DNA from: Paraspadella gotoi
Taxonomy: Eukaryota; Animalia; Chaetognatha
Assembly (NCBI GenBank): GCA_051294375.1
Contig: CM119263.1
Coordinates: forward strand, 11,943,130-12,007,129
Length of the DNA: 64,000 nucleotides
Direction: 5' to 3'
The notes under the pieces are model-generated. The model did not search any database. It worked only from the letters and a program-made list of their open reading frames with translations, and was not told the DNA's origin. This document shows, one piece after another, positions 14,111 to 27,601 of this stretch. The position numbers and the translations under genes were made by a program. How positions within the stretch are numbered: the stretch's first letter is position 1; every line of letters starts with the position of its first letter.

Positions 14111-14308
14111 TGGAACTTTAGACGCGGCGGTAGGCTTGCTACCGGTGATTTAACCGGCCCGTCACTCTTTTTGCAAGGACTAGGGTTAGGACGAGGGCTA
14201 GAACCAGTGACCAGTGGGTTCGGAGAGGAAGCGTTAGCCCAGTGCGCTATTAACGGCGCGGCTTGATAGGAAGGAATAGTCGTATCCATTTTGATTCCGA
14301 ACCCTACA
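14111..14308 (-). mobile_element. Probable solo LTR with tRNA-like A/B box, family I
   Basis: TG..CA ends, flanks ttac/ttat; minus strand TAGCGCACTGG..GGTTCTAGCC. Confidence 0.55.
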
Positions 14309-14515
14309 TTATACAACAAAGTTCTAACAATGGTTTTGAATTGAGTATTTGTTACTAGAGCACATGGCCCAACATTGTAAAATACCTTCCACTGTTTTCA
14401 GTGAAAGATGGGGAGCAAGCTTCAGCTTCAGCCTGGAATCATATGCTCAACAGAAAGGGATAAGGCGCTAAGTGGGCAAAAGATTACTATCAGCAATGGA
14501 ACAAAAATTTTGGCA

Positions 14516-14772
14516 TATGGCAACGGGAGGATAGCCTGTGATACCCGGGGCGCGAGGTATCTCACCAACTGGCGTAGGGCCTGCGGACCCTCAGTGACCG
14601 CCTCCTGTCACTGGCATGTTTATACCGGCACCGTCACATTTAAGCCAGAACCGGGATACCCAGGGATTGAACCCGGGACGCACGGATGGAATGAGATGAT
14701 TTAGCCTGCTCAGCCATTGAGACGAGGCTGAGGACGGACAGCAGTGAGGCAGCTTTAAGTCTTGCTGCCACA
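14516..14772 (-). mobile_element. Solo LTR, family B (257 bp)
   Basis: TSD ggca; minus strand TGTGGC..GCCATA, A box TGGCTGAGCAGG, B box GGTTCAATCC. Confidence 0.82.
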
Positions 14773-14898
14773 GGCATTTATTTTGAACTGATTTCTCTTA
14801 GCAGATATGTTAGAGGGAGAATTAAAGAATTTTAGGTATTTGTTAATATGCTTGAAGGAGAAAGTTTAAAAGAAAACTTTTGCAAGGATTAATGATTT

Positions 14899-15132
14899 TA
14901 TGGTGGACTAAAATCCACCAACCGTTCCTTAGCGGCCATTGGTGCAGGAGCCAAGTCATTCGACTCCCAACCCAAAGGTCCTGGCTTCTAGCCCGGTGGT
15001 CATCTCGCAGTTAAGAGGGACAGGGGGCTTAACCCACCTGTAACACGGTGTTACTGCCTGATCCGCAGCTCAGGGACTGCTTATATTGAACGGTTCTGTC
15101 ATTCACACATAACAATAATTACTGTCTCCTCA
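14899..15132 (+). mobile_element. Solo LTR, family F1
   Basis: TATGG..CTCA; TSD attt. Confidence 0.85.
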
Positions 15133-16827
15133 ATTTCATAGATCATCAATTGGACGTCAGCCTCGGTATCAAATCGGCAGTCAAATCTCGGCTCGACAAA
15201 TTTCTCTGTGGAATTGTGTTTGAAGATGGAAATTTTGCTGAGAAAAATGGTGACATACATATTAAGATACGCTTTCCATATGATTCTCCCGAAATTACTT
15301 ATATTCAAAATTGGTAATCGTTTTTACCTAGTTTTAAGGAAAAGTTTTGCAAATTTTCACAGACAAATTTGAGCAAACACTGGGTAAAGGCGGTAACAGT
15401 GGGAATGGCGGTAATGTAACCGGATCTGCCCTCGATCATTAGCGGTAATTAATTAAGACGCAGAGTAAGAACACGCTTAATTTGGTTTTCACCCAACTGA
15501 TCATTTTTACTTCACTCGTCACCATATTTGATTCATAATATTTTAGTTATAGTTATCGTTTGGTAATCGGAGACCTAAGTTACTATCTCCATGAGTGTCA
15601 ACCGCCCACAAGAAAAAGAGAGAAAAGAGCAATATTTGGCCAATGTGCATGATAAATTAGGTTGCTTATTATGCAAGATTAATATGCTTAATTAATTTTT
15701 AATTATTGAAAAAGATAGAATAATTTATTTTTTCAAAAAAAACATTTTTGTGTTCAGAATTTTATATTTACAGGGAAGTGATTCAAAACTTAGAAAATAC
15801 TTATCACCTCATCCTATTTTTATTAGTCGGATCTGCTTATCAGCAGATCTCTATAATTCACTTTGTCGGTCCGTCGGTCCGCCCCCTCAATCTTGTTGAG
15901 TATTCATTTATATCATGTCAGAACATCGAATTATGATAAATTTTTTAAATAAAAATGATGTCTGTCCGTCCGTCCGTCCATCCGTATGTCCCACCTTAGC
16001 AAAAAACTTCAATTGCTCCTGATTGGATGGATTGATTGGAATGAAATCTTGTGCGTGGGTGGGAAAGTGTGTGATTTAGCTGGATATAAGGTTTCGATGG
16101 AATCGTGCAAGTGGAAATGAGTTTAAATGGAAAAAACAAAAAAATATATTTCACTATTTGAACGTCAATCACTCATGAGTGGACGGGGCGATGGACTTGA
16201 AATTTTGTATGTGGGTAGGAAAGTGTGTGATTAAGCTGGAATTAAGATTTGATGGAATCGTCCTTGTGGAAATGAGTTTAAATGGAAAAAACAAAAAACC
16301 TTTTTCACTAATTGATTATGCTTCTTTTTCTTTTTATATTAAATGTAAATGCAAGATGTATTAAATAATCAAATAATTAATCAGTTAAATAATCAATTAG
16401 TCAATTAATTTATAAATAATTAATTAATCAATTATTCAATCAATCAATTCATTTATAAATTAATTAATTATTTAATCAATAAATCAATTAATTTATAAAT
16501 TAAATTATAATTTTAGTTTATATAGTTTGTATTAATTAATTAAATAATTACCGCTAATGATCGTGGGCAGATCCAACATTGTTTGCTCAAACTTGTTTAG
16601 TGTTGAATCATGTGCGTTAAAATAAAAAAAATTAATTGAAGATACTTAACCAGATCTTGTTCTAATTATTAATGCAATGCGATAAGCACTATTGCAAATT
16701 CCAATCCATCCATCCAATCACGAGTAATTGGAGTTTTTTCTAAGGGGGTACAGACAATCAGACGGACGGACATCATTTTTTTCTAAACATTTATAACGTT
16801 AAATAATAAATATTTTTATTAATATAC

Positions 16828-17027
16828 TGAAGAGACAGTAATAATCATTTTGAATTAATGACAGAACCGTTCAATATAAGCAGTCTGAGTTTCAGATCAG
16901 GCTGTAACACCGTGTTACAAGCCCCATCCCTCTTAACTGCTAGGAGACCACCGGGTCGGGAGACAAATGACTTGCCTCCAGCACCAATTGCCGCTGATGA
17001 ATGGTTGGTGGATTTTAGTCCACCATA
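16828..17027 (-). mobile_element. Solo LTR, family F1
   Basis: TSD atac. Confidence 0.85.
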
Positions 17028-17461
17028 ATACTAGTTTAAACAAGTTTTAAAATTGTGTTTATTCTCGATTATCGCTCTGTGACAAAACTGGACCAATTTT
17101 CCTGATATTCACAATATATATTTTCCCTCTATTCACAAGACATTAACTGATTAAGTAATCAGTATTCCGAGTTGTGAGGGAACAATCCAAAATACCTTTC
17201 TATGAAATTGGTACAACCAATATAACAATGTGACTATCATCGCATCAATCCATAAATGTCATCGCATCTATTAATGACTATCATCGAATCCTAAATCCTA
17301 AACCTAACGAAATCTCTCACTCTTCCCTCACAATAATCCTTTACCTTATTTTTAAACCTTATTAAACTTATTGTGTAATCCTTTCGTTTCGTTGCTTTAG
17401 GAATTTGCAGGAATAAGTTTGATTTGTTTGTGACAACAATTTGTTTTATTTCAGTTTAGAA

Positions 17462-17503
17462 TCAGACATGTTTCGGCTTTGAATACAAGCCTTTATCAGC
17501 ATT
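17462..17503 (-). ncRNA. Hammerhead ribozyme copy with mutated core (CTGATAA)
   Basis: Inverted copy of 19474-19516. Confidence 0.65.
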
Positions 17504-17924
17504 GACAGATTTGTCAATTATATTTCAAATTTGTGCATAATGAAGACAGTGAGAGAGAGAGAGAGAGATACAGAGACAAAGGGCAAAGTTTTCCAACACA
17601 GATTTGAGAAAGGACAGTGGTCAATGTTGAGGACAGATTAAGTTGTGAACAGAATAGAATTAGTTTGTGAAGGGAAATTGAAATGGTGATAGTGAAGTGG
17701 CAGTGGCCACCCAGGGGCTGCCCAAGTAGCCGCTAACGCAGATTCTACCTCGGTCCCCCAGGAGGAAGAAAGGGCACTTGCTGCTGAAGAGCCAACCGCG
17801 CCCACAAAAGCGCACCTGGATGATAAGCAAAAGCGCCCTAAGAACGTGGGTCACCTGTCCCTCCCCTACCACCAGGGGATCACTGAGTCATTGGTGTGGG
17901 TGCTCGAAAAGCAGGGGATCTCCA

Positions 17925-18310
17925 AACCAAAAGATAAAATCCCCAGACCGAAAACATCAGGAGCCGTCTATTGGGCGCCCTAAGCAGGGGCGGGCAACCA
18001 AGCCTGCACAGCAGCATAAGTGGACAAGACAGGCAAGTCTCTAACAGACCGCTTCCAACAGCATACAAAGCCCTACCGCGATGCCCGAGAGCATTACTTA
18101 TCTACTGTAGCCGAGCACACGGCAAATACTGGCCATCTATTCAGAGAGTTGGACTGTCTCGTGCTGTCCAATGACCCAAACCGGTTTTCAAGAGGTATTA
18201 GAGAGGCAATTTACATCAAAGCTCTCAAGCCCTCTTTGAATTGTGATGGAGGACGATTCGACCTCCCTCCAAGCTATGATCCACTCAACGAGACTGGCGG
18301 AGACCTATGA
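17925..18310 (+). pseudogene. Penelope GIY-YIG endonuclease remnant
   Basis: PKDKIP..GAVYWAP*..C..*VDKTGKSLTDRFQQH..VAEH..GH..REAIYI..PSLN with in-frame stops. Confidence 0.88.
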
Positions 18311-19473
18311 GCAGGCAATGGGCTAACGATGCCTCCCACTCAACTGTAGCAACTCAATCCCTCTCTCTGTGGAGCGAGCGCCGCCCAAAATGACGGCTAC
18401 AGGAGGAGTAGTCCGCGACCCCTGCCGCAAAAGCGGCAAGAACAGATAACCGCCGCCTCTCCAGCTTGCAAGAAGAGGGCAGTCAGCAGGCGTAGCAGGC
18501 CAGAGAGACATTCAAGTGGCCCTTGGAATGTTCCCACAAAGAAGTCTTCCTAGCAGCGCACATATAAACTCGACGGCACTGTCCTCTCAGCTACTGACAC
18601 GTCAATGACCCGACCTCATCGTTCAGACCTCTCATTTGCAAAAAACAGAGCTGAAAATGAGCTAGCCCCCTATCTTAATCCTTGAATATTCACTTTATCA
18701 ATTTCAAATTTCTCTAAATTCACTTATTTATTAATAGCTAATTGTTAAAGTTAATTCATTTATAAATTTATTATTTGTTGTACATTGCACAATGTATTTA
18801 TTTCAACTTCACCCTGTAACTCTCTGTATCTGTGTTGGGCCGCGCGGTTCCCCTTCGCGTTTTGGATCGCAAAATGCAAGCTTCTTCCCTGCGGTCCTGG
18901 ATTGGCGGGCCTGGACCAATCACCGTCGAGAGTTGGGAGAAGAGAATTGTATCTTTTTTACCGCGGTTTCCGCGCGCAGCCATTGAGGAAACGCGTTGGT
19001 CGTAATATTATTGAGATGCATTTGATCTTGTAGAACGGACGGCCAAACGTTTTCAATGTTTGATCTTGTACTCAAATAACCTAATTTTCGCGACGCACGA
19101 TTTTTAACTTGTTTTTACATTGTTTTTAATTGGTTTTTTAATTGATTTTAATACGTTTATTTCGTGCCTTTTTTATTGATACCAATACATGTTCTTTAAA
19201 CCTCACTAACCTTCGAATTCGTGGCCGAGAAAATTAGGTTATTTGAGTACAAGATCAAACACTCTCTCTCTCTTTCTTCCCTTCTCTCTTTTCACTATCT
19301 CCATTTCAATTTCCCTTCACAAACTAATTCTATTCTGTTCACAACTTAAATTTTTCAACATTGACCACTGTCCTTTCTCAAATCTGTGTTGGAAAACTTT
19401 GCCCTTTGTCTCAGTATCTCTCTCTCACTGTCTTCTTTATGCACAAATTTGAAATATAATTGACAAATCTGTC

Positions 19474-19516
19474 AACGCTGATGAAGGCTTGTATTCAAAG
19501 CCGAAACATGTCCATT
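19474..19516 (+). ncRNA. Minimal type I hammerhead ribozyme
   Basis: CTGATGA, stem II GGCTT/AAGCC, GAAAC-ATGTC with palindromic stem III. Confidence 0.8.
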
Positions 19517-19765
19517 TCTCAACTGAAATAAAACAAATCGTTGTCACAAACAAATCAAACTTATTCCTGTATTAAACTTTAAAATAAGGCCCAATGTTTA
19601 CTAATCAAATTTTTTATTTCGATTTTCTTTTCATGCTTGAATACATACTTAGTTGACAAAGAAAAGCCTTCTATACTGTAGGAAAATAATCCCTCATGTA
19701 TCATGGAAGGTTACAATGATGAAAATTAATGGAGACTATTTGAAAAATATGTTACGATAAATCAG

Positions 19766-19830
19766 GAATTTGTTTAAGGTTTCGAGACGATATTGAATAT
19801 TGGAGAACTGACATTTTTTTCAAAAAGCAG
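19766..19830 (+). CDS. ABCA putative exon (5' boundary uncertain)
   Basis: LRFRDDIEYWRTDIFFKKQ resembles ABCA3 LRF...WxTxxLF; phase 0 donor matches 24978. Confidence 0.5.
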
Positions 19831-22715
19831 GTGAAAAATGTATTTCTATCAATTTTTCCATAACCCCACTTATTATAATTATTGCATTTGCTTCATCTGC
19901 AAATTAACCGTATGAAGTAAAATGTCGTATAATTGTTCATTCACTGTTAACTGTTAGAGCCTAGTGAAAGTTATGTACAAAAATTCTAAAAGTAAATTAT
20001 GAGCAGTATTTCTAAATATATTTCTCGTAAAAGTTGATAAAAGAAAATATAAGTCATTTTTAAAAATTCTTTCATTGAGTGGGTAAAAATTTAAAAAAAA
20101 AACTATATTTAACATATAAATTTTTAATTTTAAGGTTAAAATATAGGTTTTTCTGATATTTGACCAACTTAATGAAATAATTTAAAAAAAAACAACTTTT
20201 AATGGCGATTCCAAATCTGCAAAAAAAGTCTTACAAAAAACTATTTGGAAATTTTAACATTTAGTGGATTAGTACTATGTATAAACATGGCCTACGGCAT
20301 AAATTGTAAAATTTATAATAAATTTCTTTATACACAAATGTTTGTTAGTATAATGTTGTTCGTTCCTCACTTTTAGAATTTTAATTAAGGTAAAATTTTT
20401 ACTATGCTTCACCGTTTAGAATCTTGACAGTGAATATTTTTCTGCTTCTTATGAGCACAAACATAAAAAACAAAAAATATTTCCCTTCCTTTTTTAATCC
20501 TTTCTTTATACACGCCTCTTGTAAATTTTAAACCCTAAACAGAATGCAATGATATATTATTTGTTGTGATTATAATTTGGATTAACTTCTACTTTTTACA
20601 ACGCATATAAAAAAATCTTAAAAGAAAAGTGATCTCGCTAAACCGGAATCTAATTTGACGCCGTCGATCAAATAACTTTGTTTCCAAACATAAAACGTAT
20701 TCTGACTAAATCTCGGAGTCGTAAAATAAATCCTCAAATCTCGGATGTAAATTTGGGATTTTGTTTTGAGAAAAAAGCTCGAAATAAATGGCGATAATAA
20801 GTTTTTAGAAGGAAAAAAATAATCAGTCTCCACGTACGATCGAAATCTTTTAGATAATGATTTCTGAACTTAAATAATTACATCTCTTGATTTCAGTGAT
20901 TAGAATGAAGTTTTCTTAATTTAAAAAAATGGTTTGATATGGTTATCTCATTATTACTTTGTACTGTTCAGTTAAATTTTTACGAGTTAAAAATACGGTA
21001 AGACATGATTTCTTCAGAGATTATCAATCTAATCTCATTAACTACCTAATTTGAGATGAAAGTATGAATGAATTTTTATGGTACCAACAACTTTTAAAGA
21101 TCAAATTCCTCTTAATTTTTGTGGATTTTATTTACACAAAACTTTTCTGGCAAGACGCCACATCTAATACAATTTTTTTTCTTTCATACCGTTTCCCTGA
21201 TTCTTTTTCTTCATCTCTTTTCTTCTCTGTGTTTCTATTTTTATCTTCCTCTTTCCTCCCCTACTTTTCACGCCGTAACTTACCTTTTCTATAACCCTAC
21301 CTTTCTGTCAATATTTGACTTTTTTATCGCCTTCTCTCCTTCTTTCTTTTCCCCTCTTTTCCCCCCCTTTTTTTCTTTCCAATTTCCCTTCTTTTTCCGC
21401 CTTTCTTTATCTCCTTATTTTTTCCCCCTTTGCCTTCCTTTTTATGCTTTTCCCCCTTTCTCTCTCCTTCTCTCCCCTTTTACTTTTCTTGTTGTCCCTT
21501 TCCTGTTCCCTCCCACTCCTTTTCTGCATTTACATTGAGCCAATTCAAATAAATTCTTTAATATGCATTATAAGAAAAGAAATTTACGGTATCTCATGAT
21601 TTTATTTCAATTTTTCCGCAAAATCTTTCGATTCTGAGAAAAAAACAAGTCCTGATTCTTTCCATTGGTTTAAAAGGATGTGGTTTTTTGTTTTGTTTTT
21701 TCCTAAACTGTTAAAACTTTAAAATAAATTTAAAATCATATCTTTATTAACAATAAATACAAGCCACAAAAAGTCACAAATTAATTGTCTTTAAAAATTA
21801 TTTGTGGCTAAACGAAAAGATTTTTTTTGATAATTTTGTAGGTGTTAAAAGCTTATTCTGTGGGCTATATTTTCTGTTAGTTTAAACCTATTTCAACTAT
21901 TTTTGTTTAATAAATTATAATAAAAACTAAAACTGCGACTTTTTGACTTGTCAACTTTAAAATTTATTCATAAGTGAACCAAGAATGATATATGGAAAAT
22001 ATTTTACTCAAGGGTGAAGAAGAAAAGGAAGTAAGGAATTCCAAAATAATAAAAAATTTTCTAAACTTTTCTTGGCATTCAACTTTGAAGACAAAAGTGA
22101 AAATGGACAAAAATGGACATGACTTTCTTTCCTAAATGGGAAAATGTTACACTTATATGATTAGAAATAGCTGGAGATGGTTTTAACCAATCCATATTTT
22201 GGCCTAATTTATATCATGGTGCAAATTAAATTAATTTTGTTAATAGTAACTGAACAATACTGGAAAAAGTAGTTTTTTTCTGAATGCGAGGATTGTAAGC
22301 AGAGGCCAGAGAGAGAGAGATAGAAAAAAATAGAAGCTGGACAGCCGCTGCAGAGCTGAACTAGTTTTTAGACGAATCTGAATAGGAACTTTACTATCTA
22401 TAAATAAATATTAAAAAATAAATATTTGGGTATAGAGCCATATAAGAATTTTTTGTATATTAAAAGTATACTTAAAAATGTATAATTTTTTATTTGAGCA
22501 TATTCTCAACCTAAATTTTTGCCTCACCCCATTGAGAGGGGCTACCTCCTATTCAGAAAAAAAAGAGAGAGAGAGAGAGAGCGACATATAATTAAAAGAG
22601 AGAGAGAAGCTTGACAGCCGCTGCAGAGGTTTTTACACGAATCAGAAGCAGCATCGATGGAGAAAAAGAGAGAGAGCGACATATAATTAAAAGGGAGAAA
22701 GAAGATGGACAGCCC

Positions 22716-22849
22716 CGTTACTCGTCAAAGAATCAGCTGTACCTATGGCGCCGGAGGTACCTCGAGCTCCTCCCAACCCAAAGGATTCGGGTTTGTGCCC
22801 TGCTGATCCACGCAGGTAAGTCGGCATCATCTAACACATTGGTGAGCCC
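22716..22849 (+). mobile_element. About 123-bp LTR plus tRNA-Trp PBS, family G (truncated TRIM)
   Basis: tRNA-like core TGGCGCCGGAGG..CTCCCAACCCAAAGG shared with F1; ends ACA followed by t-TGGTGAGCCC. Confidence 0.7.
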
Positions 22850-23413
22850 ACAATATATATAAATTTTTTTTTGTAAAAAAAGAGAGAGAGAGAGAAAGAG
22901 AAAGAAAGAAGCTGGACAGACGCTGCAGAGCCGGAACTAGAGTTCCGATAACCGTTAAAAGTTAACGGTTATTAACGGTTAATTATAATTTTAACTTAAC
23001 CGTTAATATATTTATTTTAACGGTTAAATTCGGTTAATTTTCAAATACGATTTTTGTTATTATTTGTTGAGAAATCTTTGATTTTTTAAAAAGAAAAGTA
23101 TTTTTTTCCCGTCCTCTCTTATTCTCCTCTCCTTTTCTCACCATATTTTTCCCCCTCTCTCTCTTGTCCATTTTTTCAATGTTTTTTTTCCCTTTTTATT
23201 ATCAACCCCAATCTTTTTTCTATCCTAATCTCTCTTATTCTTTCTTCCCCTAACTTTATACCCTTATGTTTCTTTTTTTTTCTTTCTCTCTTTTCCCCTC
23301 CTTCTTTCTCCCCTTTCTTTTCTCTGCTTTTTTCTGCCCTTCCAGTATTTTTTTTTTACTTTCTCCCAATTTTTTTTCGTTTTTCCTTTTAACTAATTTT
23401 ATGCATTTACATC

Positions 23414-23545
23414 TCAGAGACAAAGTTTGAAATAATTGGCAATAACAATTTATTTTCAAGATGAAAACGTACATGTTTTGGCTTCTTTTTTTTTCAGCGT
23501 CAATTTAGTTTGTGAAAATATTAGACAGATTTTGTGTAGAAGAAG

Positions 23546-23587
<42 letters not shown>

Positions 23588-23806
23588 CAGAGAGAGGGCA
23601 AAGTTTCTCTGTTTCTCTCTCTCTCTCTCCCCATCTTTTACAAAAAATCTGTCTAATAATTTCACAAACTAAAATGACGCTGAAGAAGGCTTATAAAAAA
23701 GCCGAAACATGTACGTTTTCATCTTGAAAATAAATTGTTGTTGCCAATTATTTCAAACTCTGTCTCTAATCTCTAATCACAATGAAAGAAAGGATTACAT
23801 AACACA
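23414..23806. mobile_element. Palindromic non-coding Penelope derivative
   Basis: Long inverted arms, hammerhead, tail, 13-bp TSD atgcatttacatc. Confidence 0.82.
23676..23717 (+). ncRNA. Minimal hammerhead ribozyme
   Basis: GACG-CTGAAGA-AGGCTT..AAGCC-GAAACATGTA-CGTT. Confidence 0.8.
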
Positions 23807-24977
23807 ATGCATTTACATCAAAGAATATTTTGAAATATAATATATATGCAAATACATACATTTTCTTTAAAATTCAATTCTTACATGAAAAACTTTTTGT
23901 TCTATTTTGTTATTAAAAAAATAAATAATTCTTCGTTTTCTCTCTTTTTCTTTCCCTCTTTAGAACGAACAAAGAAGCAAATGAAAAATAACCGAATGAA
24001 TGAAAAAAATTAATAAAAAAATTATTATAAAAAATTTAAGAATTAATAATAGAAGGAAGGAATCTTTAAAAAGACATTAAGGCTAACTAAATATATCCTT
24101 CAATGATGATATACTTTTTAATAAAACAAAACAAAAAATTTATTAATCAATAAATCTTTTGAACAATAGCTCAATCAATAAACTAATATTTTATATTTAT
24201 AATTATGGTCATGGTTTATGAAAGACTAACAACTAGGAAAAAAATGAGGAAGAGAAATAGAGAAAGAAAAATAGAAAGCGAAAGAGAGAAAGAGAGAACG
24301 AGAAAACTTAATATAAAATTAGAATTACATTGTGCTTGTTCTTTCTTTGACTTTTTTTATATTTATATTATGCTTAAGGCAAAAGAAAAAACTTGTATGC
24401 AAGATTTATCATGATGTATTATTTGATTAGCTGATAAGCTCAATTATCATGGGTAATTTCAAGATAGTTTGCTCAAACCAATTTTTCTTTTACTAACTAT
24501 AATGTGTACCTCATCTATCTGAAATAGAAGATAAAGAAGATTCAGGAGCCAGAGTTAAAGAAAAAATTACCAAAAAATACTTTTGTTTGTTTTAAATATT
24601 AGTATTTTAAATTTAAAGTTAAATTATAAAATTGACCGATTTTAACGGTTAACCGTTAAAAATGTTAGTTTTAACGGTTAAGCGAATTTCCTGAAAAATT
24701 AACGGTTAACGAAACTCTAGCCGGAACTCGTTTTTAGACAAATCAGAAGAAGCAGTGGCGTAGAAAAAGAGAGAGAGAGAGAGAGAGACATATAATTAAT
24801 TTTTTTTTTTAAATAAAATATAAACAAATAAGAATATTGATATCTTGATGATTAGAAGCCATATCTAAGTTTTCAACTCCCTGTGATATCACACTTTCAA
24901 TAGTTAAATAGTAAAAAAGCGTAACGCCGACAACGACCACGCAAATTTTTTTATATATACCTTATTTTGTCTTAAAG

Positions 24978-25050
24978 GTGTCCGAAGTTCAGTATTTGGA
25001 ACCAGCGGATATAAGTGGAGTTGGTGGAAATCCCAGATATTATTCTAAAG
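24978..25050 (+). CDS. ABCA exon
   Basis: VSEVQ...GGNPRYYSK splices in phase 1 to GFLAVQ, giving the ABCA3-type GGxPxYxxxGFLAVQ motif. Confidence 0.8.
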
Positions 25051-26537
25051 GTAGAATAAGAAGTTACAAATAATGTTTGAGCAAACAATATTGGATCTGC
25101 CTACGATTATTTAACAGGAAGCAAATAATCAGATGATAAGTCATAATAATTTTTCCAATTTCCAATCATAACAGATCATTAAAGATCATACCATCAATAA
25201 AGATATGTTGAGCCGCCGTGACTTTATTTTCACGTTTAATTCTCGTGACATGACATGACTTTACATGATGACATGACTACAATAACTTTCTTAGCCCGTG
25301 TATTTATGACAGGCACTGCATCGGAATTCCGTCTTTTATTCTTTATAGTTTTTAGGTTTCCTGAAGGCGGCTCTCCCAGTCCCTTAGTTTTGAGGGTTTT
25401 TTTTATGTTTTGACAAATGAGCAACTAACTATAGGCAAATTATGTTCTATGACTATGTCTAACGGAAAGTGGTTAAAACTTGAATCAAATAGAAAAAATT
25501 TTTAAAATGTATTACAAACGTTCCACGAAAAATGTCTAATAAAATAGTTTTAGATTCATTAGGCTTACGAGACTTACGATTTAGAATATTCAGACGAGCA
25601 CATTCCCAATTTGTTAGTTTAATGAACTCGTCTCCGCTCCTTCCGGAGTATATCAAAGATATTAATAAATACCCGTATTTGGGAAATCACATTAGTCCGA
25701 TTGCCTTTTTAAGTAATGTTCCGTTAATATATGAAACTGTAGTTTTTTGTTTTTTTGTAGAATTGGCTTTTTTCTATTAGGAAAAATTTATTCATTGCTT
25801 AAATTTACTGAGTTTCTGGAAATCTAATTTTCTAATGTCATACTTATTGTATTACTGCTTGTATCTCTGTTATCTGCTTTGTGTTTTTGTAAAACCACTG
25901 TGGCCCATGGTCCTCGGACCCGCTGTATGAATAAATACAATACAATACAATACAATGTGCATTTTTAATATAAGTGGGAGAGCCCGACGGACAGACCGAC
26001 CACAGACCGATTGAAAAGTGACTTATAGTATTGCTCCGCGAGTAAAATTGTCCATTTTTGTCCAGATTGGCTTTTGTCTTGAGATTGAATACCAAGATGG
26101 TTAGAGAAATTTCTTTTATTTCGACATCCAGGTCCTTTTTATCTTCCTTACCTCTGAGTCAGTTCATATGCCATTGATCGTCTATTGTTTGCCTATGAAT
26201 TAGTTTTTATTACAATTTGTTAAACAACAAGTTTGAGCAAACAATGCCGGATCTGCCCACGATCATTAGCGGTAAGAAGATAATTAATTAATTAATATTA
26301 TTTTTTTTATTCGTGTCAAAATCGTTTTCCACTTTGTCTCGCCTCTCAATCACAAAAAAACAATATCGATCACAAAATTAATTAATTAATAAAAAATAAT
26401 TAATAAATGTGAAGTGAAAGTTGGGAATCAAAATTTAGCAGTTATATTTTGAAAACTATCATATTAGTAAATACTAATCTGTAGTTATTTTTCTTTTTTT
26501 ACAAATATAGTAGCCCAGTCAGCTTATTTTGTATATA

Positions 26538-27398
26538 CAGTGTGTCCCAATGGTACTGTCGGTTAACCTTTACATATTGTGCGGAACTGTGTTATTAAAT
26601 CTTATTTCTAAGATAACAATGTCAAAGACAAGTTCTTACCATTTATGATACTATATTTTGAATTCAATTTTTATCAATTTTTCTTTGAAGAACATTCAAT
26701 TTAAATGAGTCATAATTTTTTACTTTTTTAATTTTTAAAGAATTTTTTTATTTTAAAATAAAATTTATTAAAAAAATGACATAAAAAATATTCTAAATAG
26801 ATATCAATTATTTAAATTTAAATTGGTATAAAATAAATGCATTAATAAAAACAAATAAACAAATATTAAAAAAAATACAAAAATTGATAAAAATATACTA
26901 TTTAATTTGATATTTAAATTGTATTATTTGAAGTTGTGAGCGATTGAATCATTAAGCCAGAACAAAATGGTTGCTATTTATTCAATAAATTATTATTAAA
27001 TCAATTAAAAAAGTAATATAAACAAGGTAAATAAATAATTTTAAAAATAATGATTACTGTATTATAAAAGCTCTGGAGCTAAAAATATGAGGTAGTTTCT
27101 TACTGTCCTGCATCTAAAGAAAAGATTTAAAACATTATTTAATCAATATTATAAAAAATATAAATATTAAAAAATATATAATTTAAGAATTTGTTTTAAA
27201 AAATCACTGAAAAAATTTTTTTTACTAATTGCTTTATGTAATAACTACATGAGTTTGCTTTGTTCAATTTTTAAAATTTAAGTATCCTATAAAATGGTCC
27301 ATACTTGTACGTATATTCATTATAATAAATTAAAGTTTCTCGATCTGGTATAGGAGCAGTAAGCTTTTCTTAACAGACAGTACAATAGGGACACACTG
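26538..27398. mobile_element. Tc1/mariner-type MITE
   Basis: CAGTGTGTCCC TIRs, TA duplication; empty site in the paralog near 2670. Confidence 0.85.
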
Positions 27399-27601
27399 TA
27401 GTACTACCCTTATGTAATGTTTTTTTTAAATTCTGAGAACAGATTCAGATTCCTCGTTGAAAGTTGATAAGAAAAGAAAATATAAATCTTTTTTAAAAAT
27501 TATAAAAATTATAAAAAACTATATTTTTAAACCAGAAATTGAAAATTAGCGTTTTAACTATAGTTTTTTACATTTTTAACCAGAATTTCTAAAAAAGAAT
27601 T

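Larger units (their letters stand above)
17370..19569 (+). mobile_element. Penelope-like element remnant with inverted pseudo-LTRs (17408-17700 and 19270-19569)
   Basis: GIY-YIG remnant, hammerheads in both arms, 38-nt tail on the inverted arm, TSD tattaaactt. Confidence 0.88.
22938..24719. mobile_element. hAT-type MITE
   Basis: TAGAGTT..AACTCTA TIRs, AACCGTT subterminal repeats, 8-bp TSD gccggaac. Confidence 0.85.

Noticed and set aside
21064-21599. Phe/Ser/Leu-rich ORFs (also 10508-10753, 23256-23727)
   Set aside because: Polypyrimidine and (GA)n low complexity.
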